NCBI RefSeq assembly: GCF_902713615.1
Contig: NC_052158.1
Coordinates: 17,790,546-17,854,545, forward strand
DNA: 64,000 nucleotides
Origin: Scyliorhinus canicula
Lineage: Eukaryota
Direction of reading: 5' to 3'
This document shows positions 23,901-34,890 of this stretch, in pieces. The position numbers and the translations under genes are program-made. Under the pieces are notes generated by a model, which had not been told where the DNA came from, did no database searches, and saw nothing but the letters and a program-made list of their open reading frames with translations. Numbering within the stretch: position 1 is the stretch's first letter; each line of letters starts with the position of its first letter.

Positions 23901-26900
23901 ATATTACTGTCTCCCTGCTGTTATCCACGTGATTAATGATGTTTGACACACTGATGAAATGATCAGAAGATCAGAAGGAATAAGAACAGGAGTGGTCCAG
24001 CCCAGTGAACCTGCTCTGATTTTTGATAAGATCATGTCTGATCTAATTGGGGCCTTTACTCCACTTTCCTGCCTGTCCCAGATGACCCTTAACCCCCTTG
24101 CTGATCAACAATCTATGGAACTCGATCATGAATCAATGACCCAGCCTCTGCTGCTCTCTGTGGTAGAGAATTCCAAAGACTAATATCCCTCTCCGAGAAG
24201 GAATTCCTCCTCATCTCTGTCTTCAATAGAGGCCCCTTCATTTGATGCTGTGTCACCGACACCTCGATTGTCCCAGAGATCAAACATCCTCCCAGCATCG
24301 ACCCTGGTGAAGGAATCCCCTCAGAATGTTATGTTTCAATAAGATAACCTCTTATTCTTCTAAACTCCAGTGAGTACAGACCAACCAGCTCAACCTTTCC
24401 TCATAAGGCAATCCCTTCATCCCAGGAATCAGCCCAGTGAACCTTCTCTGAACTCTGTCCCATGGGAGTCTCTCCCTCCTGATGTAAGGAGATCAGATCT
24501 GAACACAGTACTCAAGCTGCAGTCTCACCAATCCCCTGTATAGTTGGAGCAAGTCTTCCCTACTTTACACTCCATCTCTTTTCCAATAAAGGCCAACATT
24601 CCATTTGTTTTCCTCATTCCTTGCTGTACCTGGACACTAGCTTTTAGTGATTGATGTACAAGGTCCCCCAGGTCCCTCTGTGCTGCAGCATTCTGCTGTC
24701 TCTTTCTATTGAAATAATTTGCTGCATTTCTATTCTTCCTGCCAAGGTGGACAACCTCCCATTTTCCCACATTATACTCAATCTGCTAAATCTTTGCCCA
24801 CTCACTTAACCGGTCTATATCCCTCCGCAGACACTTTGTATCCTCCTCACAACTTCCCGAACTCACTTTGTGGCATCAGTAAATTTGGCTACAGTATTTT
24901 CCATTTCTTCATCCAATCGGGAATATTGATCATAAATAGTTGCATCCCCATCACTGATCAGTAATCTTGGGAATTTGCAAAGATTACAACCAATGCATCC
25001 ACTTTCTCTCCCGCCCCTCCTTTAACATCCTGGGATGCAGGACATCAGGTCCAGGGGACAAGTTGTCTTTAATCCCATCGCTTTTCCAGATACTTTTTCT
25101 CTGATGATCATGATTGTTTTAAGTTTATCCCTCCCTTTCCTTCCTGCTTTTCCCCAACACTGGATGACCCCAGCTGTTGTTCTCTGTATATTGTTGGGTA
25201 TTTCTCTGTCCCCAGATTATAAGAAAACATTTATTTAATGATATTGCCAGTCCTCAGCACAGAGCTCCGATTGGTCCCCACATGCCCTGTTGCTAAGACT
25301 GATACTCTTCCCCTCACTCCATATACCAGTTACCATGACTACATTCTGTCCCCTTCTGTGACCCAAGGACAGGAACTCCCAACCTAGGCAGACTTCGCCT
25401 AATGTCTCTTCCTCAGGATTTTGTCTTGCAGTTCAGAGAAGTGTGAGGTTAATGTATTGGGAGAGGGAAGATATGACAAGGGAATAGACAATAAGTGGTA
25501 AGATACTGAGAGGTGTGGAGGAACAGAGGGAGATTTGAGTTTACCTCCACAGATTCAGGACAGGTGGATAAAGTGGTGATGATAACACACCGGATATTTT
25601 GCTGTACTGACCAAGGAATAGAGAATAAGAGCAGGGATGTAATGTCAGAACTTTATTAAACACTAGTTAGTCTAGAACTTGAGTACTTTATATCTTTCTG
25701 GTCAGTGTGTTGGAGAGGTTACCAAGGAGATTAATGAGGGTGTTGGATGGTTCAGAGAACTTGAGTTCTGAGTTATGATTGGATAGATTGGGGTTGTTTT
25801 CATTGGATCAGAGGAGAAGGAGGGGAGATTTAATTGAGGTGTATAAAATTAGGAGTGTCCAGATAGAGTGGAAAGGAAATCCCGAGTCCCATTGCCTCGG
25901 GGTCCCTGATCAGGGAGAATAGATACAGGATAAGAGGGAGGAGGGTTAAAGGGATTATTTTCACACACAATGTGATCTGGATCTAGGACTCTCAGCCTGA
26001 AAGGCTGATAGAGGTAGAAACCCTCATAACATTTATAAAGTAATCAGATCTGCACTGAAAGTTTTGTAACCAAAAGAGATATGGAGCAGGAAGCTGGAAA
26101 CCGGGATTGGGCTGGAGAATTCTTTTTGAGCCGAATCTCACAGTTTGCTCTGAAATGACCTCTTTCTGTGAATCCCAGAATATTTACAAAACGAGAAGTG
26201 ACCATTCGGCCCATTGTGTTCCTGCTAGCTCACTGCAAGACCAACTCACCGAGGGCCATTCCTTCACCTTTTTCTCTGTAGCTCTGCAGATTTTTCTTCT
26301 TCAGTTAATGATTCAATTCCATATGAAAGCTGTGATTGAATCTGATTCCACCACAGTGCATTCCTGATCCTAAACACTCGCTGTGTGAAAAGGTTTTCCC
26401 TCACGCTAATATGGCTTCTTTTGTCAACCAATTTAAATTCTGTGTCCTCTGGTTCTCTTCTCTCAGGGGAACCACCTCAGCTTCTCCCATCTGTGTCCGT
26501 AACTGAATTTCCTCCTCCCAGGAACCATCGCGCTGAATGTTTCCTGCACTCTCTCTAATGCCCTCACATCCTCCCTCAAAGTGTGTTGCCCAGATTAGAA
26601 TTGAGGGTTAACCAGTGTTTTATACAGATATAACTTTGTCACTCTATTCTGTGTTAATAGATGCTGCATTCTTTATTAACTACTCTCTCTCCTTGTCCTG
26701 TCACAGCTAATTGTGAAATGATATCCTGTGCATCAAGGTTTGGGTCATTAATTTACATCAGGAAAGTCAGAACCCTTTGAATACCAATGTATATCTATCT
26801 TCAGTCTGAACAAGCAACAACTGTCATTCACCCCGTTTCATATCCATGTTGCTACTGTCCTCGTTATTCTGTATATTTTCTATGTTTCTGCCTGTTAGGG

Positions 26901-28554
26901 TGACTGTTCCCCTGTTGCCACGGAGACCAGGGAACATACGAGGAGGTTAAAGGGCAAAACCGTGTATTGAGATATTGAAGTTATTTCTCTGTCATTTAGA
27001 TGTCAATTTTCCACCAGGATCACTCCTTCCAGCTCTACAACCCCCTTGTCCTGACTGAGATCTCAGAGGGGGGTGTAGGGCTGGAGGAGGAGAGCCCACC
27101 CCCTTGTCCTGACTGAGATCTCAGAGGGGGAGGGGGAGGGGGGGGGGGGGTGTAGGGCTGGAGGAGGAGAGCCCACCCCCTTGTCCTGACTGAGATCTCA
27201 GAGGGGGTGTAGGGCTGGAGGGGGAGAGCCCATCCCCTTGTCCTGACTGAGATCTCGGAGGGGGGTGTAGGGCTGGAGGAGGAGAGCCCACCCCCTTGTC
27301 CTGGCTGAGATCTCGGAGGGGGTGTAGGGCTGGAGGAGGAGAGCCCACCCCCTTGTCCTGACTGAGATTTCGGTGGGGTGTGTAGGGCTGGAGGAAGTTA
27401 CAGAGATACTGACTGGGGGGGAATGCCGTATAGACATTTATGTTTGAGATATATCTGGGTCAGAAGGCGATGACGGTCAGTGAGAATGGGGTCTTGGGAA
27501 TGGGGAAGATGAGGAGGGTCACGAGGGGGGAAGGTGGTTGGTGATGGGTGTATGGGTCTTGGTGGAAGTTATGACTGTGGGCAGCAGAATTTGGATGAGC
27601 TCACGCTTCCGTTTCGAGTTCCACGTTGAAAATAAATGAACGCACATCCAGACTCCCCCTTAACTGTTGTGTACAGGGCAGTGAGACAGTTAATGTTTCA
27701 ATCACATTCACACATTGAAACATATGTCAACACTGTCCAACAAATGTCACTACAGGCTGGACATAGGGCGGTGACCGAGTTCCTACAATTTGGCTTCACC
27801 GAGGTCCTGTACTGGAGAGAGATCTTTATTCTCAGTGAATTGATGCTGATCTGTGCTGGGTGCTGGGAATGGGGGAGAAATTTCTTCAGACACTCTGTCC
27901 CTGAGCTTCCACAGTTCCTGGGCTGAGGAAAGTGGTGATGTCCCATCACCGTCTGTACACGTCCCGTCATTCACTCCTGTTTTTCTCACAGTAACAGCTT
28001 CCCAATCATGTTCTCTTCCAGTTCCAGCATCTCTCACCCTGGACCCAGAGACAGCAAACAACGGACTCATCATTTCCCAGGATCTGACTAGTGTGAGGGA
28101 CGGAAATGAGGAGCAAGCTCGACCTGATCATCCCAAAAGATTTGATGAAAACTTAGATGTTTTGAGCTCTCAGAGTTTCACATCAGGGAGACACTACTGG
28201 GAGGTGGGTCTTGGAAACAAACCTGGCTGGGTTGTGGGTGTCTGCAGAGAGTCTGTCAACAGGAAAGGAGAGATCACAGAGTCACCTGAGAATGGATTCT
28301 GGGTCATCGCCCGGACTGAAGACTGCAAATCATTGAAAATCCCGGATGTCATCTCCCAGCTGGAAGTGAAACCCCGGAAGTTGGGAATTTATCTGGATTA
28401 TGAGGGAGGACAGGTGTCATTTTACGATGCTGAGGACATGTCTCACCTGTACACCTTCACTGACACATTCACCGAGAAACTCTATCCCATCTTTAATCCC
28501 TGTAATAATGACTATGGTGATAACCCTGACCCACTCACACTGCTCTCTGGGTAA
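20987..28554 (+). CDS. TRIM copy 2: intact 466-aa RING/B-box2/coiled-coil/PRY-SPRY E3 ligase (class IV, TRIM39/A33-like)
   Basis: Exons 20987-21382, 21778-21873, 22639-22872, 23660-23682, 23768-23886, 28022-28554 (396+96+234+23+119+533 = 1401 nt), all GT-AG and in phase. C3HC4 RING, B-box CQEH..LFC..IC..C..H..H, SPRY motifs LDPETAN, GRHYWEV, LDYEGG. Confidence 0.92.
22118..22400 (+). repeat. 69-bp minisatellite, ~4 units, intron 2 of copy 2
   Basis: Same unit as 6319-7710. Confidence 0.9.
27030..27395. repeat. 58-bp G-rich VNTR, ~6 units, copy 2
   Basis: Same unit as 13230-13575. Confidence 0.9.
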
Positions 28555-28759
28555 CACAGTGGGACACGTTTTGGGAGGTCGGAGTTTTAGTGAGAAGCCT
28601 GATTCACTGTCTGAACAGCTCATGTTGTCCTGATTCTCTGCTGTGTGCTGTCAGGGGGCGAGTGTGCTTCTGTATTGTTTATTCTGTAAATTTAACTCAG
28701 ATTCTCCACCCATCCCACTGTCCCGATCTCAATCTAATGGGACTCATAAACACTGGACT

Positions 28760-28959
28760 GGATCAAATTTGCCTGAAGGGGGGTTGGAGGAGGGCTTTGA
28801 GGTCCGGTGGAGACCGTTCATGGCTAGATTTGAGGAGCTGTTTGTTGCGGGTGAGGATAGGGGAGGGAGTAAATGGGGGAAAACTGTAGAGACTGTTTAC
28901 TTTGTTGGATGTGAAGAATATTTTGTTGAATATGTTTGGAACAAAATATATTTTTTCAA
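28760..28959 (+). mobile_element. ~200-bp L1 3'-end insertion in the putative 3' UTR of copy 2
   Basis: 12-bp TSD AAACACTGGACT (28748-28759, 28960-28971); encodes RWRPFMARFEELFV. Confidence 0.85.
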
Positions 28960-29199
28960 AAACACTGGACTTGTATAGAAAGAACCATAATCTCCTGAAT
29001 TGTGTTCCAATTGTGGCACAATTCATTGTGAATCTTTATTTTGTTTCCTCCCTTGAATAAATATTTTATTTGAAGACGGGACTGACACCTGGTGCGATTC
29101 AGTGAATGAGCAAAGAATGTTTTTTCACTCTTGTAAGGGATGTCGCTGGCTGAGCCCTCATCCCTAATTGCCCTTGACAAGGTGGTGTTGAGCTGCCTT

Positions 29200-29538
29200 A
29201 GAACATAGAACAGTACAGCACAGAACAGGCCCTTCGGCCCTCGATGTTGTGCCGAGCAATGATCACCCTACTCAAACCCACGTATCCACCCTATACCCGT
29301 AACCCAACAACCCCCCTAACCTTACTTTTTTTAGGACACTACGGGCAATTTAGCATGGCCAATCCACCTAACCCGCACATCTTTGGACTGTGGGAGGAAA
29401 CCGGAGCACCCGGAGGAAACCCACGCACACACAGGGAGGACGTGCAGACTCCGCACAGACAGTGACCCAGCCAGGAATCGAACCTGGGACCCTGGAGCTG
29501 TGAAGCGATTATGCTAACCACTATGCTACCGTGCTGCC
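29200..29538 (-). mobile_element. tRNA-derived SINE with CR1-type tail (HE1-like)
   Basis: Near-identical to 17904-18246; absent at this position in other units. Confidence 0.88.
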
Positions 29539-29736
29539 TTCTTGACCCCGCAGCAGTCCCTGTGGTGTAGGTACACCCATAGTGCTGTTAGGGAGGGAGT
29601 TCCAGGATTTTGACCCAGCGACAGTGAAGGAACGGCCAATATGTTTCCAAGTCAGGATGGTGAGTGACTGGAAGGGAACCTCCAGGTAGGGGTACAAGGA
29701 ATAAGAATATCAGAATAGGTTCCGGAGTAGGACATA

Positions 29737-29990
29737 TAATAGCAATCTTTATTGTCTCAAGTAAGCTTACATTAATACTGCAATGAAGTGACTATGAAAA
29801 TCCCCTAGTCACCACATTCCGGTGCCTGTTCGGGTACAAGGAGGGAGAATTAAAAATGTCCAAATTATCTAACAGCACGTCTTTTGGGATTTGTGGGAGG
29901 AAACTGGAGCACCCGGAGGAAACCCAAGCAGACACAGGGGGAACGTGCAGACTCTGTACAGACAGTGACCCAAGCCGGGAATCGAACAAG
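29737..29990 (-). mobile_element. tRNA-derived SINE, second family
   Basis: Reverse-complement similarity to 18527-18840. Confidence 0.75.
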
Positions 29991-30291
29991 GGAGGAAACA
30001 AAATAAAGATTCACATGTGAAGCAACAATGCTTACCAGTGTGCTGTACGCCTGGGACCATTCAGTAAGATCCTGTCTGAACATCGACACCGACTCCACTT
30101 TCCCATCCTATCCCTTCATTCCCTTTGTACTCGGGAATATATCGCTCTCTGTGTTGAATATACTCACTGACATCTCACCGAGGGAGAGAATTCCAAAGAT
30201 TCACAACTCTCTCTGAGGGAAGGAATTTCTCCTCATCTCAGTCTTAAATGGACGACCCCTTATCCTGATTCTGTGACCCCTCGTTCTAGAC

Positions 30292-30684
30292 CAGGGGTGG
30301 GCAAACTACGGCCCGCGGGCCGCATGCGGCCCGCCAAAGGTATTTCTGCGGCCCACCAAGTCATTAAAAAAAAAATTTTTTTAAATTTAAAAAAAAATTT
30401 TTTTTTTTTTTTTTTAAATTTTTTTTAAGGTTAATGGGGGGGGGGGCTGTTGGGTTACTTACTGGTATAGGGTGGATACGTTGACTTGAGTAGGGTGATC
30501 ATTGCTCGGCACAACGTCGAGGGCCGGAGGGCCTGTTCTGTGCTGTACTGTTCTATGTTCTATAATGAGGCGCCCAGAATCATAACCGGGTGAAGTAATT
30601 ATTTTACTTAATATTCTATGTGGCCCTTTGTGAATTGTGAATTTCTGAATGTGGCCCTTGCACGGAAAAGTTTGCCCACCCCTG
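30292..30684. mobile_element. Non-autonomous hAT (Charlie/Buster-type) MITE
   Basis: Perfect 16-bp TIR CAGGGGTGGGCAAACT/AGTTTGCCCACCCCTG; 8-bp TSD TTCTAGAC (30284-30291, 30685-30692); empty site at ~15681. Confidence 0.95.
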
Positions 30685-31346
30685 TTCTAGACCATTCTCA
30701 GCATCTACCCTGTCAGGATCTCTGAGAATTGTATATGTTTCAATAAGATCATCTCTTATTCTTCTAAACTTCAAAGAATATAGAGCCATCCAACTCAATC
30801 CCTCCTCATATTGGAAACCCTTTCATCCCAAGAATCAATTCCGTGAACCTTCATTGCTCCCTCTAAGGTAAGTATATGTTTCCTCAGGTAAGGAGACTGA
30901 AACTGTCCACAGCCCTCCAGCTGTGTCCACACTCAATCCCTGTTACATTGCAGCAAGACTTATTCTCTTATACTTCAACCCCATTGTAATAAAGGCTAAG
31001 ATACCATTAACCTCCCTAATTGTTCACTGTATCTGCTTGTTAACTTTCTGTGCTTCATGGATACACAAATCCCTCTGATTCCCAACATTTAAAACTCATT
31101 TTTAAAAAATATCCTGAGATCCTCATGTCAAAGTGATAATTTTATAAAAAGGTGTTGGGTATTGAGCCCCTCCAGCCTGTTCCACTATTCAGTTCGCTCA
31201 CAGCTGGTCTGTATCTGAACCACATTTACTCACCTTCGTTTTATAACCTTTGTGTGAAGAAGCGCTTCCCGAAATCCCCCCCTTGATCTCTCTCACCCTG
31301 ATCCACACTTTCCCCATGTTGGCTGGAAGGGCTTTACATGGAGCAG

Positions 31347-31365
31347 CGCCGCCATCTGCTGGCAG
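31347..31365 (-). promoter_or_regulatory. CTCF-like core motif, reverse
   Basis: CGCCGCCATCTGCTGGCAG is the exact reverse complement of 18910-18928. Confidence 0.6.
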
Positions 31366-31861
31366 TACTGTGAATGACCACTTGCACTGTCCGTTGCCTT
31401 TGAACTGGAGGTTCGATTCAGTGAGGACGATACCCTTGTTTCAGGTGAAGCAACATTTTAAAGTCTGGGCTCGATGGCAGCATTTACACTCACAGTGACT
31501 CCCAGTGGGAGTCAATGGAAAGGGATATTGTCCAGAGTGTTCAACAAGAGGCTGATTCACTGTCTCGCATTGAGTGCTGCCACCCCAGTCGAATATCCTA
31601 TTAATGAGCATCACTGTCTCAGTAACATGTCTTGTGAGATGATCACAAACTGCGGGTGAGGCAACAGCAGAATCAGCTTCACGATTTGTTCAAACTAACA
31701 GAAGATTAACAAGCGGGTGGAGCAGGAGGTGAACAGGAATTTAAAGATGTTATTGGGCAGTCAATGTCCCAGCTCCTGATGTGTAAATGTGATCGAGTGA
31801 CTGACAGAGCCTGTCCCTTCATCACTCTCCAGTAAATGGAAGCTCAGCCCAGGTAGGGTGG

Positions 31862-32010
31862 CTGTGTCTGTGGATGCCTGTGTGTGTGTCAGGGTCTGTG
31901 TTTGCATGTGTGTGTGTGTGTGAGGGTGTGTGTGTGTCAGGGTCTGCTTGTGTGTGCATTTGTGTGTGTGTGTCAGTGTTTGGGTCTGTTTGTGTGAGGG
32001 TCTGTGTGTC
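31862..32010. repeat. Imperfect (TG)n-rich simple repeat
   Basis: Interrupted GT runs; much shorter at ~20051-20082 and ~44990-45020. Confidence 0.8.
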
Positions 32011-34073
32011 ACGGTCTCTGGGACTGGGACTGGAGACTCCCCTCAGGACAGTTTCCAGCATTTTGATTCAGTCAGAGACAGCAACAAATTACATTTATAT
32101 AGCGCCTTCAATGCAGGAAAACATCCAAAGGGACTCGAAAGCAGCGTCAATCAGACAACAATATTTGAGACTGAATCTGTTCTTCCAGACGCTTCTCCCC
32201 ACAGGCAGAGAATGTGCAGCATCTGAGAAATGAGCAGCTCCAACACACCATTGTCCCTGTTCACTCCAGTTACAGAAACTCTGCAATAACTTTCCATCTT
32301 CCTGTTCAGAAGCTGATCAGAGAGGTTCCGGCAGGATTGAGGGGGGAAAAGATGGGCCCGGATTTGGGAGGGAGAGAGAGAGACTCTCCAGAAATTTGGA
32401 GAACAAGGGTGAGGTTGGAGATGGGGGTGGACATGTTCAAAAAGATGTTTTTTGTCAGAATGAGGGTCAGATGGTGACAGGGTGGAGAGAGGATAAGGAG
32501 GGGCTCAGGGATGAGATGGATTTGGAAAGGACTTGGGGGGAGGGTGAGGAGAGAAACTAGAGAAAGATGTGGGGGTGAAGGGGGGATGTTTAGTCAGTGG
32601 GTTGAGGGGCAGGAGGTTAGTAACAGAAACAGCTGTAAGGATGGTCTGGATTGTAACTAAGAAAGCCATTGCTGAGTTCCTCACACAGGGGTGTTGAGGG
32701 AGGTGGGGAAAGGGTGAAAGAGATTTCAAGGGGTGGGTTTGTAGAGAGAGAATAGAAATAATGTTATAAATCTGACTTTATAAAAGTGAAAAAGCCTCCA
32801 GACACAATAAAGGGGTCAGTTTGATTTAATTCCAAAGTTCCTGACACTGAGTGTGTCACTGATCACGTGAAGTGAAATCCAGGAAGTGCAGAGCTGAACA
32901 GGAATTGACAGCGAAAGAGCTGGAACAGGGAAGGAGAGAGAGACTCTGGCCACTGAGATGGCATCTCCAGATCTCACACAGGAACTAACCTGTCCCATCT
33001 GCCTGGAGATATTCACCCACCCGGTGTCTCTGGAATGTGGACATCATTTCTGCAGCTCCTGCATCTCCCGGAGTTGGCAGAAGGTCCCGGGAGATGTTTC
33101 CTGCCCCAAGTGTCGACAGGTCTTCACCCAGAGGAACGTCAGGGCCGCTCGGACCCTGAGTAACGTCGTGGACAAGTTCAGAGAGGTGAAGGTGACACAG
33201 CCACAGGAGGAGTTTTACTGTCAGGAACACGAGGAGAAGCTGAAACTCTTCTGTGAATATGAACACAAAGCGATCTGTGTGGTGTGTGGGATGTCCAGAG
33301 CTCATAAGACGCACAGTGTGATCCCAATAAAGGAGGCAGCCCAGATATACAAGGTACTGGATCACTGCTCCTGGCACAGGTAGATGGGGAAGAGGGACAG
33401 GGTGTAAGTCACAGAGAGAGAGAGTGTTTGTAGAATGTGGGGAGGGAAGAGAGGGCGGGAGAGACAGGGATAGGGAAGGGGAGAGGGATGTTGAAAGAGG
33501 AGAGGGTTGGAGCGAGGAGAGGATTGATTGAGGAGGGGAATTAACCTGGAGAAGGATAATTGCAATAAACAGAATTAACCCACAGCTTTTACTTTGTTTA
33601 TTGAGTGTAATCAATCCTGAGAATATCTCCTTCTCGACCTCACTGGTCTAACTCTATTTAAACACAGCAAACCCCTCCAGAAGGTGACAATGATTGTTTC
33701 CTTTGACAAACCCATTTGTGTCCTTTCTGTCTCAGAACAAGTTAGAAACATCATTGGAAACTCTGCAGAAGCAAATGGACCTCAGTCTTCACAGTAAAAG
33801 AGAACGAGAGGATGGGATTTTCCACATGAAGGTAGGAGAGTGTCCTTTAGGCTTTGTGTAAACTTCCCTGTGTTTGTTATTGAGAGAGAGTGAGCTCCTC
33901 ACACAGTTAGAGAGAGTTTTACTGAATAAAATGCTGCTGCTCCAAAGTACACTGCGGGCTGCTCCCTGAACTGCAATATAAGGGAGCGTCTGTAAATTGC
34001 AGATTATGATAACAATGTGAAAATGTCTTAATTTCTCTCTCAAGCCAATCCTATCGATTGATGCAATAAATCT

Positions 34074-34890
34074 TGTCTGTAACTCACTCCCGGGGATCTA
34101 TTATTCTATATATAAACCATCTGAACCCCTCGATTATATTCCAGTCTGTAACTCGCACCCAGGTATGCATGGGGCAGCACGGTAGCATGGTGGTTAGCAT
34201 AAATGCTTCACAGCTCCAGGGTCCCAGGTTCGATTCCCGGCTGGGTCACTGTCTGTGTGGAGTCTGCACGTCCTCCCCGTGTGTGCGTGGGTTTCCTCCG
34301 GGTGCTCCGGTTTCCCCCCACAGTCCAAAGACGTGCGGGTTAGGTTGATTGGCCATGCTAAATTGCCCGTAGTGTCCTTAAAAGTACGGTTAAGTGGGGG
34401 GTTGTTGGGTTACGGGTATAGGGTGGATACGTGGGTTTGAGGAGGGTGATCATTGCTCGGCACAACATCGAGGGCCGAAGAGCCTGTTCTGTGCTGTACT
34501 GTTCTATGTTCTATGTTCTATGTATATATAAACCAACTGAACCCCTCGATTAGATTCCAGTCTGTAACTCACTCCCAGGTATCCATTATTCTATATATAA
34601 ACCATCTGAACCCTTCGATTAGATTCCAGTCTGTAACTCAGTCCCAGGTATCCATTATTCTATATATAAACCATCTGAACCCCTCAATTAGATTCCAGTC
34701 TGTAACTCAGTCCCAGGTATCCATTATTCTATATATAAAGCATCTGAACCCCTTGATTAGATTCCAGTCTGTAACGCACTCCGAGGTATCCATTATTCTA
34801 TACATAAACCATCTGAACCCCTCGATTAGATTCCAGTCTGTAACTCACTCCCAGGTATCCATTCTGAATTCCTCAATTAGATTCCACTTA
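34074..34890 (+). repeat. 69-bp minisatellite, intron 2 of copy 3, interrupted by a SINE
   Basis: Same unit as 6319-7710. Confidence 0.9.
34171..34522 (+). mobile_element. tRNA-derived SINE with CR1-type tail (HE1-like)
   Basis: TGGTTAGCA A-box, GGTTCGATTCC B-box, (TTCTATG)n tail; same site as 47145-47497. Confidence 0.9.

Noticed and set aside
34171-34250. tRNA genes
   Set aside because: The A and B boxes belong to SINE heads; no full cloverleaf is evident.
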